A stretch of 64,000 bases of DNA from contig DOAO01000006.1 in assembly GCA_003504275.1 (NCBI GenBank), positions 66,588-130,587 of the forward strand, given 5' to 3'. Source of the DNA: Patescibacteria group bacterium. Its GTDB lineage: Bacteria > Patescibacteriota > Minisyncoccia > Phycocordibacterales > UBA12445. The translations under genes were made by a program, and so were the position numbers. Numbering within the stretch: the first letter of the stretch is position 1; each line of letters begins with the position of its first letter. Positions 34,864-45,254 of the stretch are shown in pieces. The notes under the pieces are model-generated. The model had not been told where the DNA came from and searched no databases. It worked only from the letters and a program-made list of their open reading frames with translations.

Positions 34864-36114
34864 ATGGGAAAGATCAAACAAACAGTCAGACAGGACGGTC
34901 TTCGTATAATTACAAAAAAATTGACCTATACTCAAAAAGTAATGTTCTCCGTTACTTCTCTTATGGGTAGCGCTAATGATTCAGAAGAAAGTTTAGGACT
35001 AGCCCATTATTTTGAGCATATGGTTTTTCAGGGGACAAAGAATCGGGACAAAGATGAACTCGAACGTCTACTCGCTCTTTATTGCATAACACACAATGCT
35101 GATACCTCACACCTTCGTACTCGCTATTATGGTGAGTCCGCTAAGATCAATTACAAAAAGATGGTTGAGGTCATTCTGGATATGTATTGTAATCCAATTT
35201 TTCCGGAAGATAGAATCGAGAATGAAAGAGGCGTTATTAATAATGAGATTATTATGAGACACAGTAGTGATGATATTACCGTTTCAGAAAATATCATCAC
35301 AGCTCTTTATGGCGACAAGAGTCTTGCCGGAAGAGGTGTCATCGGTTCGAAAGAAACTATTGCCACTGTAAACCGCGAAGTTCTTCTTAAGATGCATAAA
35401 GAATATTATTCCCCGGCAAATTCTGTAATTGTTGTGACGGGGGATGTGTCTCATTCCGAAGTCGTTAAGATGGTCAACCGCTTTTTTCCAAGAATTGTCG
35501 GTAATTACAAGAGTCAAAAGATTGAATGGAATAATGATTCCTGCTCATTGCCCAGCTCTCAAATTATTCAAGAGGAGAGGCCCGGCAGAGAATGTGCTCT
35601 TTTGTGTCTTGGTGTGAAGTTGAAAAATTTTGATTTCAAAGAAAGGGTAATACTAAGTATTCTTGTAAAATATTTCAGGAAGATAGTTTTCGATGAACTT
35701 CGCCAAAAGAGAGGGCTTGTCTATACGGCTGGTGCATATCTAAATAGCGAAAGACCTTTGTATAATACCTTTTGCCTTTACGCAGAGACAGCCGTCGCTA
35801 ATTTAGACGAGATTAAGAAATTAATGACGGAGATAATTCTCAATAAAGTGTGTCTTGAAAAATATATCGAAGATATTAAACAGAGAATATTGGCTGAGTC
35901 CTCAGTATCTCTTGAGACCACGGGGGATTGGAATAGGGCAATTCTCGGTCGAGTTGTATTGGGAGAAGATGATGTTTCCTCCTTGGACAATTATTTTAAG
36001 AATATTTCAGAGGCTCTTAACAGTATCGATCTTGGTATGGTCGAGCGAATTTTCTACGAAAATTTGAACCATAAAGACAACCTCGCATTTTCTATAGTCA
36101 CAAATAAAATATAA
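34864..36114 (+). CDS. M16 family zinc peptidase
   Basis: GLAHYFEHM (HxxEH), ELRQKRGLVY; AAGGAGGGG SD before ATG 34864. Confidence 0.9.
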   Translation: MGKIKQTVRQDGLRIITKKLTYTQKVMFSVTSLMGSANDSEESLGLAHYFEHMVFQGTKNRDKDELERLLALYCITHNADTSHLRTRYYGESAKINYKKMVEVILDMYCNPIFPEDRIENERGVINNEIIMRHSSDDITVSENIITALYGDKSLAGRGVIGSKETIATVNREVLLKMHKEYYSPANSVIVVTGDVSHSEVVKMVNRFFPRIVGNYKSQKIEWNNDSCSLPSSQIIQEERPGRECALLCLGVKLKNFDFKERVILSILVKYFRKIVFDELRQKRGLVYTAGAYLNSERPLYNTFCLYAETAVANLDEIKKLMTEIILNKVCLEKYIEDIKQRILAESSVSLETTGDWNRAILGRVVLGEDDVSSLDNYFKNISEALNSIDLGMVERIFYENLNHKDNLAFSIVTNKI

Positions 36115-36201
36115 TAGTTATTTATTTATCCGCTCCAATATTGGAGCGGATTTTTTATAAAAAAAACCTTAAGTGTAAACACTTAAGGTCAAGGCTTCTT
36201 T

Positions 36202-36720
36202 TTAATCATAGGAGAATTCAATTTTCAGTTTTTTGTTTCTTTTTTCGTAAATTTTTCCCAGTTTCAATTTTCTTCTTTCTTTTTCTCTCCAGGTTTTTAC
36301 TTCTTTTGTATTGTTGGATTCTCTGCCCTGAATATCTTTTTCAAGTTCGGCGATAATTTTTCCCGCGTCGATTTCGTCAATATTTTCGAGAAGTTCTTTT
36401 ATGATTTTTTCATCCGAAGCGAGAGGAGCTTCGTCCATGATACAGACGATATCCCCATTTAGCAGATCCACTGCTAAGCGATAATACTGTTGATTGGGTC
36501 GGCAGTAATTTAAAATCCAATATCCGTCGGTGTAGGCTGCGCTATATAGGCTTAAATAACCACCTCTGCCGTCGGCTTCAAGGGCCAGATTTGGCACTAA
36601 TTGCCATAAATCTTTTTGGCTTCGGCAAAATTCTCTGATGGTTTCCGCAAGTTCCCTGCTTAGCTTTTTGGTCTTTTTCTCAACTTCTTTCTTATTTGTT
36701 TCCGGAAAATTATTTTTCAC
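36202..36720 (-). CDS. Hypothetical protein
   Basis: 172-aa ORF, GTG start with AAGGAG SD. Confidence 0.6.
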   Translation of the reverse strand: MKNNFPETNKKEVEKKTKKLSRELAETIREFCRSQKDLWQLVPNLALEADGRGGYLSLYSAAYTDGYWILNYCRPNQQYYRLAVDLLNGDIVCIMDEAPLASDEKIIKELLENIDEIDAGKIIAELEKDIQGRESNNTKEVKTWREKERRKLKLGKIYEKRNKKLKIEFSYD

Positions 36721-36877
36721 TAAACACCATCTCCTTTTTTTTAATTTTTTAAAAATACTAATTATCTACCACTAAGCTAACATATAAGATAAAAATAATC
36801 AAAAGATTAGTTAAGACAAAATATGCAAGAAGAAGTGTCCTTGCATTTTTAATGAAATAATGTAATATTCTTCCCAT

Positions 36878-37096
36878 ATGGTAGTAAGAATGAGACATAC
36901 GCGGGCTCACACCGCGAACAGGAGATCCCATCACGCTCTTAAAGGAGCGGGCCTTACAAAGTGCGTTAAGTGCGGGGCGATGACAAAGATGCATCAGGTT
37001 TGCCCGGCTTGCGGATACTATAAGGGTTCAGAAAAAGTGAACACGATGGCGAAGATCCAGAAGAAAAATAAGAAGGAGACAAAGAAGTCTAAGTAA
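36878..37096 (+). CDS. rpmF: 50S ribosomal protein L32
   Basis: RRSHHAL...CVKCG...HQVCPACGYYKG. Confidence 0.95.
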   Translation: MVVRMRHTRAHTANRRSHHALKGAGLTKCVKCGAMTKMHQVCPACGYYKGSEKVNTMAKIQKKNKKETKKSK

Positions 37097-37177
37097 TTTT
37101 AATTTTACGTAGAACTTTGTAGTCTGCCGGATTTTATTTGTATTGGGATTACCGGCACCCTGTAATTTTGAAATATT

Positions 37178-38080
37178 ATGGCCAATAGGCACCTAGCGAG
37201 AAGTATAGTTTTACAAACCCTTTTTGAGTGGGACTTCAATGGCTGTGATAATTCTAAATTAAGAGAAATTCTTCATAAAAATGTAGAGGAGTTCGGTCCT
37301 GGGTTGACCGACTTTTCTTTTATCGAATCACTTCTAGAGAGTGTTATTAATAAAATAGAGGCGATGGATTCTATTATTGTTAAAGCTGCTCCTGAGTGGC
37401 CAATAGATAGGATTTCAATAATAGATAGAAATGTTCTTAGAATGGGTCTCTATGAGCTTATTTTTGTTGATAAGGAAGAAGTACCTGCAAAAGTAGCCAT
37501 AAATGAAGCGATTGAACTCGCAAAGACTTTTGGAGGGGAAAGTAGCGGTAAATTTATAAATGGAGTTTTGGGAACTATATATAAGGAAATGGGTGAACCG
37601 GGTAAGGATGAAGTTTCCAGACCAAAGAAAAATAGCGCAGGTGTTGATGTCTCTAAGCTCCCAGTAGATAAATTGGGTGGCGCTGTTGTTTATGCGGTTA
37701 AGGATAATAAAATATATCTCGCATTGGTTCATGATGTGTTTGGATATTGGACCCTCTCCAAGGGGCATATAGAAGATGGAGAATCAGAGGAGGATGGTAC
37801 GAAGAGGGAAATTATGGAAGAGATAGGATTAGAAATAGAAATAGGAAAAAAGATTGGAGAGAATGAATATGTAGCGAATGACCCAGAGAGAGGTAAAATA
37901 AGAAAGAGTGTTTCTTATTTTTTGGGAAAAACAGATAAGGAGGAATTGAAACTCAGAGAATCTGGTGGGGGTTTGGATGATGCAAAATGGTTTGAGGCAG
38001 AAGAAATACTGGATCTTAAAATTTATAATGATATTGTTCCAATAATCACTGAGGCGATAAAAGAGATCTCTCTATTATAA
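37178..38080 (+). CDS. nusB: NusB fused to a C-terminal NUDIX hydrolase
   Basis: DRNVLR, VAINEAIELAKTFG, FINGVLG, then Nudix box KGHIEDGESEEDGTKREIMEEIG. Confidence 0.9.
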   Translation: MANRHLARSIVLQTLFEWDFNGCDNSKLREILHKNVEEFGPGLTDFSFIESLLESVINKIEAMDSIIVKAAPEWPIDRISIIDRNVLRMGLYELIFVDKEEVPAKVAINEAIELAKTFGGESSGKFINGVLGTIYKEMGEPGKDEVSRPKKNSAGVDVSKLPVDKLGGAVVYAVKDNKIYLALVHDVFGYWTLSKGHIEDGESEEDGTKREIMEEIGLEIEIGKKIGENEYVANDPERGKIRKSVSYFLGKTDKEELKLRESGGGLDDAKWFEAEEILDLKIYNDIVPIITEAIKEISLL

Positions 38081-38094
38081 ATAAATTTAGATAG

Positions 38095-38802
38095 ATGAAA
38101 TTTATGAATATTCCGGATTTTTCTAAATTTGAAAAAAAATTAGCGATAGATTTTAAGAATAAATCTCTGCTTAAGCAGGCTTTTACCCATCGTTCATATA
38201 TAAACGAAAACAAAGGCAGTGGTCTTTTTCATAATGAGAGACTAGAATTTCTTGGTGACGCCGTATTAGAGCTCGTTATAACTGAATTTTTGTTTAATAA
38301 GTTTCCAGATAAACAGGAGGGTGAGCTTACTAGCTTACGCGCCGCTCTCGTAAATACTGTTACAATATCAAAAGTGGCGGGGGATATTGGTATGAATGAT
38401 TTCTTGCTTTTATCCAAGGGAGAATCTAAAGATACGGGCAGAGCAAGGCAAGTTATTTTGGCGAACACCTTTGAAGCCTTTATTGGTGCAATATATTTGG
38501 ATCAGGGGTATGAATTAGCAAAGAAATTTGTTTCTGATAATCTTTTTCCAGAATTAAATATTATTGTTGAGAAGTCTCTTTGGAAAGACTCCAAAAGCGC
38601 CTTTCAAGAAAAGGCCCAAGAGCTACTGAGTATTACCCCTGTGTATAAGACTATTAACGAGACAGGACCTGATCATAATAAAATATTTACAGTAGGCTTA
38701 TTTCTTGGAGAAGAGCAGTTGTCTGAAGGAAAAGGACACTCTAAACAAGAAGCACAAGAAGATGCTGCTAAGATTGGTTTAAAAAAACGGGGTTGGCAGT
38801 AA
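38095..38802 (+). CDS. rnc: Ribonuclease III
   Basis: NERLEFLGDAVL, dsRBD. Confidence 0.97.
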   Translation: MKFMNIPDFSKFEKKLAIDFKNKSLLKQAFTHRSYINENKGSGLFHNERLEFLGDAVLELVITEFLFNKFPDKQEGELTSLRAALVNTVTISKVAGDIGMNDFLLLSKGESKDTGRARQVILANTFEAFIGAIYLDQGYELAKKFVSDNLFPELNIIVEKSLWKDSKSAFQEKAQELLSITPVYKTINETGPDHNKIFTVGLFLGEEQLSEGKGHSKQEAQEDAAKIGLKKRGWQ

Positions 38803-39012
38803 AGATTAACGGTTGGATTTGTGTTGTAATATAAAAACAAAGACCAATTACTTGAAGTGGCTTTCTTTAATTTATCACTGTTTTATATGATTAACTTCTC
38901 GTTAAATTCCAATATATTTTTCTTGGAGGTGGGTTGCTTGACTTATTCTCTTATCTAAGTAGAATGACGTTATTGACGATTTTAATAATATATTATCACC
39001 TATAAAAGAATC

Positions 39013-40050
39013 ATGTCTAAGCAACACAAACTAACGTTTAATCCAAAGAAAGTAACCAAAGATCTGTTGGGAGTTTTGCCGATAAGGGCCAGAGACATAA
39101 TAAAGAAAAGATATGGACTTGACTCTGTTTCTGGTGGAATGACTTTGGAGGCTATTGGAGAGACATACGGTATTACCAGGGAGAGGGTTAGACAGATTGA
39201 AAATTTTGCTCTGAATTCCATTAGAAAATCTGATGCTTACACAACGAACGTTGTTTCTTTCGACGAATTAAGGAAGCATATGGATGAATACGGCGGAGTT
39301 GTTCATGAGCAGGATTTCTTGGATCATCTTACCTCTGACAAAGAACTTCAAAATCATGTCAGTTTCTATTTAGAACTTGGAAATGATTTTATTAAATTAA
39401 AAGAAGATGAAGAATTCTCTCACAGATGGACCATTGATGAAGGGCTGAGTAAAAAGGTTCATGACTCATTAAAAAAACTTTACGAAAGTCTTTCAGAAGA
39501 TGATCTTATTTCAGAGAGTGAGATGATAATAAAATTCCTCGATCATTTGGAGGATACTGTTAAGGATATAAGAAACGAAGAACTTGCTAAGAGGTGGATT
39601 AAGATGTCTAAAAAGATAGGAAAGAATGCTCTCGGAGAGTGGGGTGTCGCTCACTCACCAAATATTAGAGTGAGGGGGATTAGAGATCTTGCTTATTTAG
39701 TTTTGAGGAAGCATGGTTCCCCAATGCATTTTAGAGAGGTTGCCAAGGCAATAAAGCAGATATTCGGCAAGAATGCTAACGAAGCAACATGTCATAATGA
39801 GCTTATAAAAGACAAGAGATTTGTGTTGGTTGGACGAGGCCTTTATGCGCTTTCTAAGTGGGGATATAGTCAAGGAACAGTTCGTGATATAATAAAGACT
39901 ATAATAAAAGATAAGGGCCCACAGTCCAGAGATGAAATATTAAAGAAGGTTTTAAGGGAGAGGTACATAAAGGAAAATACTGTTTTGGTAAATCTCCAAA
40001 ATAAAAAATATTTCAAGAAGGACAAAAACGGCAAATATTTGATCGTATGA
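39013..40050 (+). CDS. Sigma70 region-4-like HTH + HARE-HTH protein
   Basis: TLEAIGETYGITRERVRQIE; PMHFREVA...HNELIKDKRFVLVGRGLYAL. Confidence 0.8.
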   Translation: MSKQHKLTFNPKKVTKDLLGVLPIRARDIIKKRYGLDSVSGGMTLEAIGETYGITRERVRQIENFALNSIRKSDAYTTNVVSFDELRKHMDEYGGVVHEQDFLDHLTSDKELQNHVSFYLELGNDFIKLKEDEEFSHRWTIDEGLSKKVHDSLKKLYESLSEDDLISESEMIIKFLDHLEDTVKDIRNEELAKRWIKMSKKIGKNALGEWGVAHSPNIRVRGIRDLAYLVLRKHGSPMHFREVAKAIKQIFGKNANEATCHNELIKDKRFVLVGRGLYALSKWGYSQGTVRDIIKTIIKDKGPQSRDEILKKVLRERYIKENTVLVNLQNKKYFKKDKNGKYLIV

Positions 40051-41273
40051 TCCCAGAAATTTTGATTCAATTTTTTAAACCTGTAGGCGGGGTGCTGATT
40101 CAGGCTTTTTCTTTCGCTCTACCGTTTCTCACTATTATTTTAGCTTGGAGCTCGTGGCGCCATTATATTGTTAAAAGTTTTATTTCTAAGGCGGAATGGG
40201 TAATGCTTGAAATAAGACTACCAAAGGAACACCAAAAAACACCACTAGCAATGGAGGTGGTTTTGGGGGCTTTTCATCAATTTCCAACACCGCCCACTTG
40301 GTATGACTATTGGTGGTTAGGTAAAGTTCCGCTTTGGTTTTCTCTTGAACTCGTTTCAATAAATGGCAAAGTACATTTTTTCTTGAGGATACAGAAAGGA
40401 CAAAAAAGTATAATTGAAAATCATATATATTCTCAATATCCACAAGTTGAATTACACCAAGTTCCAGATTATGTCGGAGCTGTTAATTTTGATGCTCCCG
40501 AATCTGACTGGAAAATGTTTGGAATGGAGCATGTCTTAGTAAGAGAGGATGCTTATCCTATAAAGACTTATATTGATTATGGATTAGATAGAGAACTTCT
40601 AAAAGAGGAACAAAAAGTTGATCCAATAACTTCAACTATTGAATTTCTGGGTTCCCTTGGGGAAGGTGAGCAGGCTTGGATACAAATAATCATAATGGCT
40701 GCCCAGGCAAGATTTCCAAAGCCGGGTACATGGTTTCAAAAAGAGGATTGGAAGGGAAATGCAAAAGAGCTTATCAAAAAGATAATGAAGCGAGATGCGC
40801 CTGGCTCTGGTCCCAGCGCACTGTCTCCAGGAGAAAGATCCACTGTGGAAGCTATAGAGAGAAGTATGTCTAAGCTCGGTTTTGATTGTGGAATAAGAAC
40901 GCTTTATCTTGCAAGTGGAAAGGATAAAGAAGGAAAACATAGGTTTAATCCGGGAAATATATCATCTCTTTTTGCTACATTTAGACAATATGGTTCCGTG
41001 ACTTTGAATAGTTTTAAGCCAACAAGAATCACTCAATTTAATTGGTGGGTTGATCCTTTCGGCTGGAGAGTGGCTAGGATAAAGAGAGAATTATTTGAGG
41101 CCTATGTTAATAGGGGTTATTTTTATAGACCACACAATAAAGTCCCGCCATTTGTTTTAAGTACCGAAGAATTGGCTACGATATATCACTTCCCAGGAGC
41201 GGTATCTGTCACTCCGACATTTAGTAGAATTGAGTCAAAGAGGTCTGAAGCTCCTGTTAATCTTCCTATTTAA
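40047..41273 (+). CDS. Membrane-anchored hypothetical protein of a type common in CPR
   Basis: N-terminal TM, FSLELVS, IYSQYP, YPIKTY, ELATIYHFP, EAPVNLP (recognised from memory). Confidence 0.7.
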   Translation: MIPEILIQFFKPVGGVLIQAFSFALPFLTIILAWSSWRHYIVKSFISKAEWVMLEIRLPKEHQKTPLAMEVVLGAFHQFPTPPTWYDYWWLGKVPLWFSLELVSINGKVHFFLRIQKGQKSIIENHIYSQYPQVELHQVPDYVGAVNFDAPESDWKMFGMEHVLVREDAYPIKTYIDYGLDRELLKEEQKVDPITSTIEFLGSLGEGEQAWIQIIIMAAQARFPKPGTWFQKEDWKGNAKELIKKIMKRDAPGSGPSALSPGERSTVEAIERSMSKLGFDCGIRTLYLASGKDKEGKHRFNPGNISSLFATFRQYGSVTLNSFKPTRITQFNWWVDPFGWRVARIKRELFEAYVNRGYFYRPHNKVPPFVLSTEELATIYHFPGAVSVTPTFSRIESKRSEAPVNLPI

Positions 41274-41289
41274 TCCCATTAGTTTTCTT

Positions 41290-41383
41290 GTCATTGCGAA
41301 CGAAGTGAAGCAATCCAGATTGTGTTGTAAAAAAAGCTAGATTGCCACGTGCTTCGGCTAAGACGCCTCGCCCTCGCAATGAC
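41290..41383. repeat. Palindromic repeat, GTCATTGCGA family
   Basis: GTCATTGCGAACGAAGTGAAGCAATCCAG...AGATTGCCAC...CTCGCAATGAC. Confidence 0.85.
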
Positions 41384-41461
41384 GATAAGGAGAATACGCT
41401 ATTTATAATTTTTAATTCTTAAAAAGTGCACCCTAATTTATCTAATATCTTAATGTTAAGA

Positions 41462-42481
41462 ATGGAGCTCGAAGAACCTGGTGGGTTTAGGGGCGAGAAT
41501 GTTTCTATGCCCCAAAATAAATTTCATTTTGAAGATAAAAAGAGAAAATTTTTATTATTTATCATAACTATTTTTATCGCACTTTATGCGATAAATTATT
41601 TTTTATTTTCCGCACCGTTTGAACATCCGAGAGGTACTAAGTTTACTATTTCCTCCGGTATGACAATTTCTGAAGCAGGTGAGTATCTGAAGAAGCATGA
41701 CATAATTAGGTCTCCAATCGCCTTTAAGGCCCTCGTTTATATAATAGGAGGGAGAAGTGGGGTGATTGCCGGAAGCTACTTTATAGAGAATCCTGTCTCT
41801 GTCGCTAGAATAGCTATGATGGTAACGACAAACGGATATGGAATAAAAATGTATAAGGTTACTATTCCTGAAGGTCTTTCAAATAAACAAATAGGGGATT
41901 TACTTGAGAAAAATTTAGATAATTTTGATAAGGCGAAGTTTTTGAAATTGGCAAAAGATAAAGAAGGTTATCTATTCCCTGATTCTTATTTCTTTGAGCC
42001 TGATTCAACGCCAGAGAAGGTTATACAGATGATGAACGATAATTTTAAAGAGAGAATTAAACTGATAAATATTGATCTCGCTTTCTTTAATAAACCGCTG
42101 AAGGATGTGATAATAATGGCGTCAATTTTGGAAGAAGAAGCTCGTACGGAGAATACCAGGAGAATGATAGCTGATATATTGTGGAGGAGAATTGAAAAGG
42201 GGATGCCACTTCAAGTAGATGCTTCTTTCGTATATTTACTTGGTAAGGGTAGTGCGGAATTAACATTGGACGAGCTTAAAATGGACTCCCCATACAACAC
42301 ATATAAATATAAGGGATTACCTCCAGGTCCCATAACAAATCCCGGTCTTGCCTCTATTTTGGCCGCTACAAAGCCTCTAAGGAACAAATACTGGTTCTAT
42401 CTTTCTGATAAAGAAGGAAATATGCATTACGCTGTGACTTTTGAGGAGCACAAGGCAAATAAGGCGAAATACATAGACTAA
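41462..42481 (+). CDS. mltG: Endolytic transglycosylase MltG (YceG)
   Basis: TM, VTIPEG, EGYLFPDSY, ASILEEE, LQVD, SPYNTY...GLPPGPI; start uncertain (41426/41462/41507). Confidence 0.92.
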   Translation: MELEEPGGFRGENVSMPQNKFHFEDKKRKFLLFIITIFIALYAINYFLFSAPFEHPRGTKFTISSGMTISEAGEYLKKHDIIRSPIAFKALVYIIGGRSGVIAGSYFIENPVSVARIAMMVTTNGYGIKMYKVTIPEGLSNKQIGDLLEKNLDNFDKAKFLKLAKDKEGYLFPDSYFFEPDSTPEKVIQMMNDNFKERIKLINIDLAFFNKPLKDVIIMASILEEEARTENTRRMIADILWRRIEKGMPLQVDASFVYLLGKGSAELTLDELKMDSPYNTYKYKGLPPGPITNPGLASILAATKPLRNKYWFYLSDKEGNMHYAVTFEEHKANKAKYID

Positions 42482-42501
42482 TTTTTATCGCTTCTTTTTG
42501 C

Positions 42502-42614
42502 CGTCATTGCGAGATCGACGGAGATTAACGTCGACAGCCGATGGGGATTAACATCGGCACTTGTAGACAGCCCGTAGACGGCCGAGGCGTCCTAGCCGAG
42601 TTGTGGCAATCCAG
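42502..42614. repeat. Half palindromic repeat (GTCATTGCGA family) with nested small hairpins
   Basis: CGTCATTGCGA...CGAGGCGTCCTAGCCGA...GTGGCAATCCAG. Confidence 0.75.
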
Positions 42615-42695
42615 TTTTTAAAGTAATAATCATTTTGTTTTTATCACCATATGAAGTAAAATATCCTCATAGTCATTAGGAGAATATTTTTATAT

Positions 42696-43709
42696 ATGAA
42701 AATTGCAATAAATGGTTTTGGAAGAATTGGAAGACAGTTTTTAAAAATTGCTCTTAACGATCCGACATTGGAAATCGTCGCAATAAACGACCTCGGTGAA
42801 CTTTCCAATCTCGCTTACCTTTTGGAATTTGATAGCGTTTATCGCGGATATGATAAAAAAGTTGAAACGAAAGATGGTAATTTAGTTGTTGATGGAAAAA
42901 TAATAAAATTCCTTCAAGAGCCAGAGCCGATGAAACTTCCTTGGAGAGATTTGGGAATTGATGTTGTTGTTGAGTGTACCGGCAGGTTTACATCTTCCGA
43001 CACAGCTAAAGTGCATTTAGATGCCGGAGCAAAGAGAGTTGTGATATCGGCTCCCGCAAAAGATGACGCGACACCAACCTGTACACCAAATGTAAATGTA
43101 AGTGCGCTTACTGGTTCAAAGATAACCTCAAATGCTTCTTGTACAAGTAACTCTATAATTCCTATAGCCTCAATACTTGGCGCTAAGCCTGGAATAAAAT
43201 ATTCCCTTATAAATACTGTTCATGGATATACAGCCGAGCAGTCTCTCGTAGATGGTCCGATGCCGAAGCTCCATAAAGATTTTAGAAGAGGAAGAGCTGC
43301 TGCTCAGAATATAGTGCCGACAACAAGCGGTGCTGCTAGTGCAGTTGGCAAGACAATACCTTCTATGGTGGGAAAGTTCGATGGTATGGCTCTTCGTGTA
43401 CCTGTTCCTGCTGGTTCAATTCTTGATTTTACATTTATTGCCGAGAACAAAACTTCCGTCGAAGAGATAAACGCTATTTTGATAGAAGCTTCAGGAAAGC
43501 CAGAGTGGCAGGGTATATTTACTGTCACAGATAAGCCGATCGTATCATCTGATATCCTCGGTAGTCCATACGGTTCTATTGTAGATTTGAATCTAACGAA
43601 AGTGGTGGGAGGGGAGTTGGTGAAAGTGATGGCGTGGTATGACAATGAATGGGGATACGCAAGTATGCTCGTAAAGCATGTATTGTCATTAAAGGACTTG
43701 CTTGATTAG
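42696..43709 (+). CDS. gap: Glyceraldehyde-3-phosphate dehydrogenase, type I
   Basis: INGFGRIGR, SNASCT, RVP, WYDNEWGY. Confidence 0.96.
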   Translation: MKIAINGFGRIGRQFLKIALNDPTLEIVAINDLGELSNLAYLLEFDSVYRGYDKKVETKDGNLVVDGKIIKFLQEPEPMKLPWRDLGIDVVVECTGRFTSSDTAKVHLDAGAKRVVISAPAKDDATPTCTPNVNVSALTGSKITSNASCTSNSIIPIASILGAKPGIKYSLINTVHGYTAEQSLVDGPMPKLHKDFRRGRAAAQNIVPTTSGAASAVGKTIPSMVGKFDGMALRVPVPAGSILDFTFIAENKTSVEEINAILIEASGKPEWQGIFTVTDKPIVSSDILGSPYGSIVDLNLTKVVGGELVKVMAWYDNEWGYASMLVKHVLSLKDLLD

Positions 43710-43720
43710 TAAAAAAAATA

Positions 43721-43750
43721 AAAAATCCCCACTTATTGTGGGGATTTTTT
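43721..43750. terminator. Bidirectional intrinsic terminator
   Basis: AAAAATCCCCAC...GTGGGGATTTTTT between convergent genes. Confidence 0.75.
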
Positions 43751-43815
43751 CTCTGTCCCGTAGTGTAATTTGGCAATTTTTTGGCGATAGCCGTTGCCAA
43801 ATTCTACTACCGGGA

Positions 43816-44265
43816 TTATTTAGCTGTGATTTTCTTATAGCATGACCAATGATTTTCTTTATCGTTGGCGAGAGCCCAAATGGCTAATTTGATATTGTCT
43901 TCAGGGTTGTAGTAGTCCAATTTTTCTCCCTTGAGCCTTGAGAACATTTCAAAGGTTGGTTTGTGGAATTGATAAACTCCATAAGCCTTACCATTGTCTC
44001 CACGGGCGTTTGGTACGTAGTTTGATTCACAGTACGCAATAGCCCTTGCCATCTTCTCGGAATAATTAAATTCTTTTGAATATTTTTTTATTAGGCTTAA
44101 TACACATTCTTTTTCTTTTGCATCACATTCTACCACTACCATATCTACAGGGGAGATGGCATCGCTTTCAATTATCTTCAACATATCCGTAGTTACCGGA
44201 ACAGTTGTAGAAGATATCAAAAACATAGTACCGACTACAGTGTTTGTGAATAATGCTGTTAACAT
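43816..44265 (-). CDS. Lytic transglycosylase (SLT/lysozyme-like) protein
   Basis: AIAYCES, GVYQF, NPEDNI, HWSC. Confidence 0.8.
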   Translation of the reverse strand: MLTALFTNTVVGTMFLISSTTVPVTTDMLKIIESDAISPVDMVVVECDAKEKECVLSLIKKYSKEFNYSEKMARAIAYCESNYVPNARGDNGKAYGVYQFHKPTFEMFSRLKGEKLDYYNPEDNIKLAIWALANDKENHWSCYKKITAK

Positions 44266-44560
44266 AATTTATTGTTAATTGATTTTCATCCTTGTTCTCT
44301 AAAGAGGTTTTGGACGACTAGCCCTCTAACCCTCTTTTGCCTTTCAGCCCTAAAATTAATACTATTTAAAGAAAAAATCCGTACTTTCGTATGAATTTTC
44401 TCGTTCTATGATTCTATCATATCAAGGATTAAATGTCAAGCTTTTTATTGGTAAAAAGGACATAAAAGGGTGGCTTAGGTTAAGTTAAAATACCCTTAAA
44501 AATCAAGTTAATAATAGGATAAAACCACCCGATTGGGGGTGGTCTTTATAAACTAAAAAT

Positions 44561-45136
44561 TTAGAACCTATTTTCTATCTTGGGCCAGTTTAGATTTGAG
44601 AGATAGGCTTCAATATACTCTTTTCTTTGTGAGGGCAAATAATCAAAAAGAAAGGCGTGTTCCCAGACGTCTAGTGCAATGAGAATCTTGAGTCCTGCGA
44701 GGTGTCCGATCTCGTGACTGCTTACCCAAACACTAAAGAATCTTTTTATTTCTTCGTCGTAGTAGAGAATGGCCCATCCGGTACCTCGCATCATCGCTGT
44801 CGCCTTGAAGTCTTTTAGCCAATTTTCAAAGCTCCCATACTGAGAAGCAAGGGCGGATTTTAATTTTCCATCTTCTGTAATGACGCCGTTTCCTCCAAGA
44901 TCGCCAAAATAGAAGTCGTGTAATCTCATCCCGTTAAACTCAAATCCAATTCTTCTCTTTAGCTCGGCTATTATGTATGCATCAGCGTTTGCGTCCATCC
45001 GCATCTTCTCTAGCTTTTCGTTGAGACTGTTAATATTTTTAACATATCCTGCGTACAGTTTAATGTGCTCGGAAATCTGTTTTTCAGATAATCCCGGTAG
45101 GCTTGTTAGTCCAAAATTTTTTTCTGGATATATCAT
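44561..45136 (-). CDS. sod: Fe/Mn superoxide dismutase family protein
   Basis: H...YAGYV, NGMRLH, GTGWA, DVWEHAF. Confidence 0.9.
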   Translation of the reverse strand: MIYPEKNFGLTSLPGLSEKQISEHIKLYAGYVKNINSLNEKLEKMRMDANADAYIIAELKRRIGFEFNGMRLHDFYFGDLGGNGVITEDGKLKSALASQYGSFENWLKDFKATAMMRGTGWAILYYDEEIKRFFSVWVSSHEIGHLAGLKILIALDVWEHAFLFDYLPSQRKEYIEAYLSNLNWPKIENRF

Positions 45137-45254
45137 ATTTTTCTGTTTAGTTATATTTTAATAATGTTTAAATATTATCATATCTAAACATTATTAAAAT
45201 ATAAAAATACCCACTTTTGAAAGTGGGTATTTTGAATTGGTAAAGATTGTTTGT

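Noticed and set aside
45151-45203. Fur/PerR-like operator upstream of sod
   Set aside because: An AT-rich inverted repeat is present, but the match to known boxes is too loose to call in such AT-rich DNA.
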